Below are positions 38,730-45,009 of a stretch of 45,009 nt of DNA, piece after piece. How positions within the stretch are numbered: the stretch's first letter is position 1; every line of letters starts with the position of its first letter. The notes under the pieces were generated by a model. That model was not told the DNA's origin. It saw only the letters and a list, made by a program, of their open reading frames with translations, and made no database searches. A program made the translations under genes and the position numbers. Location of the stretch: positions 1-45,009 of the forward strand of contig JBDRBK010000110.1 in NCBI GenBank assembly GCA_043822705.1. Direction: 5' to 3'. The stretch is from Fidelibacterota bacterium. Lineage in GTDB: Bacteria > Fidelibacterota > Marinisomatia > Marinisomatales > TCS56.

Positions 38730-39980
38730 TCAGGCGGAAACCGCCTTAGGCGGTTTCACCATGGTAATAATACCGGCGGCCACCAGACACAGGATACCGC
38801 AGATCGTAAACGCCAGCGGAAAATTACCCAGATCACCCAGTTTGCCGCCCAGCATCGGACCAAATATACCGCCGATCCCGTATGCCAGGAATACCCAGCC
38901 ATAGTTCTGTCCGACATGTTTTGCCCCGAATGTATCGGCGGTGATGGTCGGGAACAAAGCGAAATTGCCACCGAAATTAAACCCGATCAGAGTCGCCCCG
39001 AGGTACAGCAGCGCCGGGGTCCCGGCCATCCACTGGAACAGGATAACGACAATTCCCTGAGTCGCCATCATGATCGTGATCGAGGTTTTTCTGCCCAGTT
39101 TGTCGCTCATAGCACCCCAGGCGATCCGGCCCAGACCATTAGCCAGGGAATAGAATACCGCCATGGCGGTACCGGCGATGGCACTGGCATTGGCTACACC
39201 GGCGGCGGTCAAAGCCTGGATTGGAAACAGTTTCATCAGACCGATACTCATCAGACCGGCACTGGCACCGAAGGCAAAAGTCATCAGAATCATATAAAAC
39301 TGCGGTGTTTTCAACATCTGGCTGCTGATGAAATCAACCGAGCCGGCGACCGGTGCGGCACCGGCCTTGGCGACTGGCGGATTCCAACCGGCCGGTTTCC
39401 AGCCTTCCGGCGGGAATACCATCCAGATACCACCGATCACGACCGATACCAGAAAAACAACGCCGTAAATCGTGAAGGTCGAGCTTAATCCGATATCGGC
39501 GATCAGATTGCCCCAGGCCCCGGCCAATTTGACCCACAACATGGCGCCGAAACCGAATCCGGCCACGGCCAGACCGGTGATGAGTCCTTTTTTATCCGGG
39601 AACCAGCGCATGCCCACGGCAATCGGAACTACATAAGCCAGCCCAATGCCGGATCCGCCGATCACGCCGATAAAAACGAAAATCGACCAGAAATTTGTGC
39701 CGCCGAATATACCGGCCAGCAGATAACCAAGGCCCAGCACAATGCCACCGGCCATCGATAGTTTCCGTGGACCGATCTTCGGCATCAAACGGCCGGCGAT
39801 GACCATTACGATGGCGAAGAATGCCAGTCCGGCGGAAAAGACCGCCTGAGTCTGAGACGCTGTCCAGCCGGCCTGTTTCAATGATGGCGTAAACACCGAC
39901 CAGGCATATATCGCACCAAGGCACAATTGAATAATAATTGCACCGACGACTACCAACCAGCGATTCATAGTTTTATTCAT
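38730..39980 (-). CDS. MFS transporter, OFA family (oxalate/formate antiporter or L-lactate/monocarboxylate type)
   Basis: RW..LGAIYAWSVF, RWFPDKKGLITGLAVAGFGFG, NGLGRIAWGAMSDKLGR, FGAKHVGQNYG; about 12 TM helices; AAGGGG RBS. Confidence 0.88.
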   Translation of the reverse strand: MNKTMNRWLVVVGAIIIQLCLGAIYAWSVFTPSLKQAGWTASQTQAVFSAGLAFFAIVMVIAGRLMPKIGPRKLSMAGGIVLGLGYLLAGIFGGTNFWSIFVFIGVIGGSGIGLAYVVPIAVGMRWFPDKKGLITGLAVAGFGFGAMLWVKLAGAWGNLIADIGLSSTFTIYGVVFLVSVVIGGIWMVFPPEGWKPAGWNPPVAKAGAAPVAGSVDFISSQMLKTPQFYMILMTFAFGASAGLMSIGLMKLFPIQALTAAGVANASAIAGTAMAVFYSLANGLGRIAWGAMSDKLGRKTSITIMMATQGIVVILFQWMAGTPALLYLGATLIGFNFGGNFALFPTITADTFGAKHVGQNYGWVFLAYGIGGIFGPMLGGKLGDLGNFPLAFTICGILCLVAAGIITMVKPPKAVSA

Positions 39981-40195
39981 TACTTCCCCTTGCTTGGATT
40001 ATTATGGCTCCGTGGCGGCAACGTGTATGTGGCGTAATTACAGTCAATATGCTGTCTGTCATCCTGAATTCTGCTGTCCAAAGCCCTTATTAAGAAAATT
40101 TTTAGCGACGGGAATTTATCCTGAATTCCCCGATACTTGATAATATAAAATCGGAAAAAATGGCCTCTTACAGGTACCGCGGCGGTGAGTGAAGA

Positions 40196-41038
40196 TTACT
40201 CGATTGTGAAAAATGCCCACTCCGATTCGGCACTGGCCTCGTCCAATCCGGTATGGTTGTCGACTTCGCTGATTGCCTTCACTTTCCAGCGGTAAACACC
40301 AGCCGGCAGTTGGCTGGAGATTTCATTGCAGGCGATCACCTCGGCCTCAGCCGATGCTCCCTGAGAACAGGGAAAATAATCCAGCGGGATTGGGTAAGAA
40401 TTGGCATAATCATACCAGGCATTCATGAACCGACAAACCCAGACCGACCGGTTCAGGTCTAGGTTATCCAGGCGCAAGGTGTATTCGGTCGTATAATCAT
40501 ATTGCCCGACCCGGTCGAACCAGATGAATGTAAACGGTCCGTGGACGACCGTATCCGACGGTGCCAGTGCCTGTGGCGGCAACAACAAACGGTAGGTGAC
40601 GGTATCGGACGGGTGGCTGCGATTACCGGCATTATCGCGCGCCCGGACATAATAGTAATAATTCAGGTGCGTACTGATACTATCGTCGTGATAGATCGTA
40701 TCGGCACCGAGAATGTGAAATATATCGATCGCGGCAATTCTGCGGAATTTATTGGTCCGCAGCGTATCGGCCCGGTAAATCTCATACCCGCTCAGGTCCT
40801 CTTCCTGGTTAGGGTGCCACATTAAAACGATTCGGTTGGTGCCGGTATTGTCGGCGTCGATGCCTGCTTCCTCCCAGGCCTCCGGCAGCGATTTAGTCAC
40901 CAGCAGCGGCCGGGCCGGCGGATCGGGATCTTCAACCGGTTCGGGACAGCCAATAAAAAGGCCGGCACCAAGCAGCAGCAGTCCTGCTTTCACCAAGTAA
41001 CCGCGAAAATTGAGTAGCCGGTAATATTTATTGTTCAT
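40196..41038 (-). CDS. Lipoprotein with fibronectin type III-like domains
   Basis: Lipobox LFIGC; LMWHPNQEEDLSGYEIYR, YYYYVRARDNAGNRSHPS, GVYRWKVKA. Confidence 0.7.
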   Translation of the reverse strand: MNNKYYRLLNFRGYLVKAGLLLLGAGLFIGCPEPVEDPDPPARPLLVTKSLPEAWEEAGIDADNTGTNRIVLMWHPNQEEDLSGYEIYRADTLRTNKFRRIAAIDIFHILGADTIYHDDSISTHLNYYYYVRARDNAGNRSHPSDTVTYRLLLPPQALAPSDTVVHGPFTFIWFDRVGQYDYTTEYTLRLDNLDLNRSVWVCRFMNAWYDYANSYPIPLDYFPCSQGASAEAEVIACNEISSQLPAGVYRWKVKAISEVDNHTGLDEASAESEWAFFTIE

Positions 41039-41056
41039 TCCCGCTGGTTCCGATCC

Positions 41057-42079
41057 TTAAAAATAAATCCCGGCACCGATACGGTGGGCATTGCCCAGAT
41101 TGTGTGCGGTAAAGCTGTAGTCGATACTCACGGAATTGCCGCCGACGGGAATCCGCAGCCCCAGGCCACCCTGCCGCCGGCCCAGATTATCGCCGACACG
41201 AACAGCGACCAGGTTAAAACAGACAATCTCCAATCCCAGGTTCGAGTCTGTTTCAATGGTTTTTTTCTGGTAAAGAAATGTCATTTCCACCGGCAGGCTC
41301 CGGAATGTCTGACGATAGCCGAATCCCGCCGTAACTGCGGGTGGAATCCGGTCGGTTTTCCCGCTGTTCCAGTACACCAGCGTACCGGCCGCATCGGTAA
41401 AGGCCAGTCCCAGGGTCAGGTCACCCATCCAGCCATAACCGACGGCGTCGGCCAAGCTGAATGACAGCATCGATCCAATATCCAGACCGATGCCGTTGCC
41501 AATCAGACCGTATAATGCTTTGTTCAGCAGCTTGATATTGACACCCGCCGAAATCCGCACCGGAAACGGCGTAATCATCCAGCCCAGATCGAAGGTTTTG
41601 TTGATATCATGTACCATGTTCAGAAACACCGCCGTCTCACGATCGCGGAAAGTCCTGAACCCGCCCGCCACCAGGGTACGAATCGAATCACGACGGGTTT
41701 CCAGATCGATGATACGCCGCAGGTCCGGTCTTTCGGGAATACCATCGACCGAAAAATTGATCAGATTCAAACCGATTTTCCAGTCACCCCGCCAGCGCAC
41801 GGTGGTGGTAATTGCCGTCAGGTCCGCCAGATCGAATTGATTGATATACATCAGCGCGGCCTGGGAGTGGGCAACGAATCCGCTGGCCGCCGGATTTACC
41901 AGGTAGCCGGTCGGATTTTCCGGCAGGGCGCACACGGCCTGCCCCAGCCCGATCGAACGCGGACCGGCACCAATATTGAGAAAGGCGTCACTGTATTGTC
42001 CGGCCGACAGAAAAAACAGGCTGAATGCTGCCAGTAAAAAAAACCGATGGAAACACACCGTGCATTTTCCCCGCCTCAT
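41057..42079 (-). CDS. Outer membrane beta-barrel, PorV/PorQ (FadL-like) family
   Basis: FLNIGAGPRSIGLGQA, NPAA, GIGLDIG, IDYSF..HNLGNAHRIG, terminal Phe. Confidence 0.7.
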   Translation of the reverse strand: MRRGKCTVCFHRFFLLAAFSLFFLSAGQYSDAFLNIGAGPRSIGLGQAVCALPENPTGYLVNPAASGFVAHSQAALMYINQFDLADLTAITTTVRWRGDWKIGLNLINFSVDGIPERPDLRRIIDLETRRDSIRTLVAGGFRTFRDRETAVFLNMVHDINKTFDLGWMITPFPVRISAGVNIKLLNKALYGLIGNGIGLDIGSMLSFSLADAVGYGWMGDLTLGLAFTDAAGTLVYWNSGKTDRIPPAVTAGFGYRQTFRSLPVEMTFLYQKKTIETDSNLGLEIVCFNLVAVRVGDNLGRRQGGLGLRIPVGGNSVSIDYSFTAHNLGNAHRIGAGIYF

Positions 42080-42085
42080 ACCGGA

Positions 42086-42868
42086 TTAATCTCCGGAGGC
42101 GATGAACAATTTCTGATTGAGCTGACGCCGCAGCTCCATCTCATCCATACCGATTTTGATAAAGCGACCGTTTTCGGCCATTGCGACCCGTCGTTTCTCT
42201 TCCGAAACCACGATCACGATCGCGTCGGTTTCCTCGGAAATACCAAGGGCGGCGCGATGGCGGGTTCCCATTTCCGGATCGACCATGGCACTTTCGGTCA
42301 GCGGCAGAATACAGGCCGCCGTATCGAGGATATCGTTTTGGATGATCACGGCGCCGTCATGCAGCGGTGATGTCGGATTGAAGATCGACAGCAGCAGCGG
42401 CATGGTGACTTCGGCTTTGAGATTGGTGCCGGTTTCCTTGTAGGTCCGCAGACCGGTTTCACGCTGGATAACGATCAGGGCGCCCCAACCACGTTTGGTC
42501 AACTCGGTGGTGACTTCGGCGATGGCCGCGATCGTACGTGAGGTGCCCATTCGGAAAATCGAGCGGATGAATCTGGTTTGCCCGATGTTGATCAGCAGCC
42601 GGCGTAATTCCGGCTGGAACAGGATCACGAAAGCCACCACCCAGACCGTCTGGAACTGATTGACCAGCCAGGATGTACCGCTGAACCCCAAGGCATTGAA
42701 CAGGAAAGACGCAAACAGTATAATGATCAGTCCCACCAGCATCTGACCGGCGCGGGTGTCGCGAAAATATATGTATATCTTATAGAACAGCCAGGTCACC
42801 AGAATGATATCGATTATATCAATAATGGTGATATTGAGGAAGCCGATCTGGATCAGCAGCGGCGGCAT
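42086..42868 (-). CDS. dacA: Membrane diadenylate cyclase CdaA/DacA
   Basis: Three N-terminal TM helices, ILFQPELRR, catalytic PLHDGA and GTRHRAALG, VVSEE. Confidence 0.93.
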   Translation of the reverse strand: MPPLLIQIGFLNITIIDIIDIILVTWLFYKIYIYFRDTRAGQMLVGLIIILFASFLFNALGFSGTSWLVNQFQTVWVVAFVILFQPELRRLLINIGQTRFIRSIFRMGTSRTIAAIAEVTTELTKRGWGALIVIQRETGLRTYKETGTNLKAEVTMPLLLSIFNPTSPLHDGAVIIQNDILDTAACILPLTESAMVDPEMGTRHRAALGISEETDAIVIVVSEEKRRVAMAENGRFIKIGMDEMELRRQLNQKLFIASGD

Positions 42869-43710
42869 CAGGCCGTTACTCCCCGGATCGCATCGGCGAT
42901 CAGCGTCGTCCGTTTCATGAACTGCACATCGTGTACCCGGACGATCCGGGCACCATTGAGGATGCCGGCGGTGACCGCGGCCGCCGTCCCTTCGAGCCGT
43001 TGGTCGGGCGGCAGGTTCAAAGTCTGCCCGATAAATGATTTTCGCGATGGACCGATCATAACTGGATATCCTAAATCCACTATTTGTTTTAATTTACGAA
43101 TAATTTCAAAATTATCCTCGACCCGTTTTCCAAAACCGATGCCGGGATCGAGGATAATCTGGCTATCGTCTAACCCTGACTCGCGGGCAAATTTTATCCG
43201 CTCGCGGAAAAACTCCGTGAGTTCGGCCAGCAGATTGGTATAGCGGGGATCCTTTTGCATATTCCGCGGCGTGCCCTTGATATGCATGATAATAACCGGT
43301 GCGTTGAAATCGCGGACGACGTCAACCAGGTCGAGGTCGAACATGAAACCACTGATATCGTTGATCAGATCGGCGCCGTTCAGCAGTGCCTCGCGGGCCA
43401 GTTCGGCTTTGTAAGTATCGACTGAAATAGTGATCGAAGAGCGTGCGCGAATTTTTTTTATCACCGGTAGGACTCGTTCCCGTTCCACATCGAAGGGTAC
43501 CGGTTCCGAGCCGGGACGGGTAGACTCGCCGCCGATATCAATCAGGTCGGCACCGTCGCGCTCCATTTTCAAAGCTTGCTCCACGGCGGCATCGGGATCA
43601 ACGAATAGGCCGCCGTCGCTGAAAGAATCGGGTGTTACATTTAAAATGCCCATCACCAGCGTCGGCGCGCCGGTTTGCCGGAGCTGGTTTCGGAGTTGGG
43701 TGATATCCAT
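42868..43710 (-). CDS. folP: Dihydropteroate synthase
   Basis: MGILNVTPDSFSDGG, DIGGESTRPG, LDPGIGFGK, SRKSFIG, RVHDV. Confidence 0.97.
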   Translation of the reverse strand: MDITQLRNQLRQTGAPTLVMGILNVTPDSFSDGGLFVDPDAAVEQALKMERDGADLIDIGGESTRPGSEPVPFDVERERVLPVIKKIRARSSITISVDTYKAELAREALLNGADLINDISGFMFDLDLVDVVRDFNAPVIIMHIKGTPRNMQKDPRYTNLLAELTEFFRERIKFARESGLDDSQIILDPGIGFGKRVEDNFEIIRKLKQIVDLGYPVMIGPSRKSFIGQTLNLPPDQRLEGTAAAVTAGILNGARIVRVHDVQFMKRTTLIADAIRGVTA

Positions 43711-43748
43711 CGGAAAACAACCTTAAACAAAATTAAGGCTGTTTTCCG
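43711..43748 (-). promoter_or_regulatory. Stem-loop abutting the folP start codon
   Basis: Minus strand CGGAAAACAGCCTTAA-ttttgt-TTAAGGTTGTTTTCCG then ATG; 16-bp stem with one G-U pair. Confidence 0.6.
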
Positions 43749-43774
43749 ATTAAATAAATGAAATTGGCGGACAA

Positions 43775-45009
43775 TTATCCCGCCGCCGGGACTGCTTCAC
43801 CGGCAGCCGGTGGCTTGGCGCCGCCAGACCGTTTCCGTGGCCGGCGAGGCCGCTTGGGAGCCCGCTGCAGCTTCTTGCCTTCCATGATTTTCTTGATATC
43901 TTCGGCATCGATGGTTTCGTATTGCAGCAGTATATCGGCTATGGCATGGAGCAGATTGATATTGTCTTTCAGCAGTTTTTCGGCCCGCTGCTGACCGCCG
44001 CGGACAAACAGGACCACCTCTTCGTCGATCATGCGGGCGGTGGCTTCGCTGTAATCCCGGTGCCGCTGGATTTCCCGACCCAGGAATATTTCCTCATTCT
44101 TGTTGCCGAATGTCATCGGTCCCAGGCGCGGACTCATGCCCCATTCACAGACCATCTTGCGGGCGATCACCGTTGCCTGCTCGATGTCATTACCGGCGCC
44201 GGTGGACAATTCATTGAAGATCAACTCCTCGGCGCCACGTCCGCCCATCAGGATCGCCAGACGGGTCTCGATATAGGTTTTGGAATAACCATGCCGCTCA
44301 TCGATCGGCAACTGGGTGGTGACACCGAGCGCCCGGCCGCGGGGAATAATCGTGACCTTGTGAATCGGATCGGCCCCGGGAACCAGCGAGGCGACCAGGG
44401 CGTGACCAGCCTCGTGGTAGGCGGTTAGACGCTTTTCTTCGTCAGTCAGAATCATGCTGCGGCGCTGAATACCCATCATGACTTTGTCCTTGGCCTCTTC
44501 AAAATCGGACATATCGACGGCGTTTTTCTGTTTGCGCGCCGCCAGCAGAGCAGCCTCGTTCACCAGATTGGCCAGATCAGCTCCGACCAGTCCCGGCGTG
44601 CCCTTGGCCAGCGTCTGCAGATTGACCCGTGCCTTATTCAGCACAATATTCTTGGTATGCACTTTCAGGATGCCGAGACGGCCCTGGTAATCGGGTGCAT
44701 CGACCACGATCTGCCGGTCGAAACGGCCCGGCCGGAGCAATGCCGGATCGAGCACATCGGGACGATTGGTAGCAGCCAGAATAATCACCTGCAGATTCAC
44801 CTCGAAACCGTCCATTTCCACCAGCAACTGATTCAAGGTCTGTTCACGCTCATCGTGCCCGCCGCCCAGTCCGGCGCCGCGCTGGCGACCGACCGCATCC
44901 AGTTCGTCGATGAAGATGATGCAGGGAGCGGTTTTCTTACCCTGTTCGAACAGATCCCGAACCCGGGAAGCACCGACACCGACGAACATTTCGACGAAAT
45001 CGGCACCGC
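43775..45009 (-). CDS. ftsH: ATP-dependent zinc metalloprotease FtsH, 5' part outside the window
   Basis: [45 protein letters not shown]; frame open to the window edge. Confidence 0.97.
   Translation of the reverse strand, partial: GADFVEMFVGVGASRVRDLFEQGKKTAPCIIFIDELDAVGRQRGAGLGGGHDEREQTLNQLLVEMDGFEVNLQVIILAATNRPDVLDPALLRPGRFDRQIVVDAPDYQGRLGILKVHTKNIVLNKARVNLQTLAKGTPGLVGADLANLVNEAALLAARKQKNAVDMSDFEEAKDKVMMGIQRRSMILTDEEKRLTAYHEAGHALVASLVPGADPIHKVTIIPRGRALGVTTQLPIDERHGYSKTYIETRLAILMGGRGAEELIFNELSTGAGNDIEQATVIARKMVCEWGMSPRLGPMTFGNKNEEIFLGREIQRHRDYSEATARMIDEEVVLFVRGGQQRAEKLLKDNINLLHAIADILLQYETIDAEDIKKIMEGKKLQRAPKRPRRPRKRSGGAKPPAAGEAVPAAG

Noticed and set aside
39973..40062. 29-codon ORF (MTDSILTVITPHTRCRHGAIIIQARGSNE) overlapping the MFS start
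   Set aside because: No properly spaced RBS, no signal or leader-peptide character; the MFS gene has its own RBS.
1..45009. CRISPR arrays, tRNA/rRNA genes, IS elements
   Set aside because: Intergenic gaps are all about 200 nt or less and none shows spaced repeats, cloverleaf motifs or transposase ORFs by eye.

Overview
Bacterial chromosomal window using the standard genetic code, with nearly all genes on the minus strand. Gene content (group II GGGP synthase, MoxR/DUF58/Bat-like genes, PorV-like barrel, TamAB, Lol) points to a diderm FCB-group organism, possibly Marinimicrobia-like; this is inference only. Most of it is housekeeping: xerD, gmhA, gcvH/gcvPA, accBC, efp, dnaK, clpC, lolD plus two LolC/E permeases, lysS, prfB with its programmed +1 frameshift, znuABC, dacA, folP, ftsH. 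Two accessory blocks stand out. (1) 26.5-32.2 kb: a respiratory cluster of an octaheme HAO-family protein, a hexaheme NapC/NirT-like protein, a Rieske protein, cytochrome b and a nonaheme cytochrome c (23 heme-c motifs), with sequence features of a reductive, low-potential system. (2) 34.9-38.7 kb: a partly very AT-rich locus. A 52-codon signal-peptide-like ORF missing from the ORF track (36754-36912) has its own RBS and sigma70-like promoter. It overlaps a TPR protein ending in two tandem Fis-like HTH motifs, which in turn overlaps a stand-alone response regulator, divergent from a REC-PAS-histidine kinase. This looks like a candidate peptide-signalling (RRNPP-analogous) system with reversed domain order in a diderm. 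All family calls are by eye from motifs; no database searches were run.
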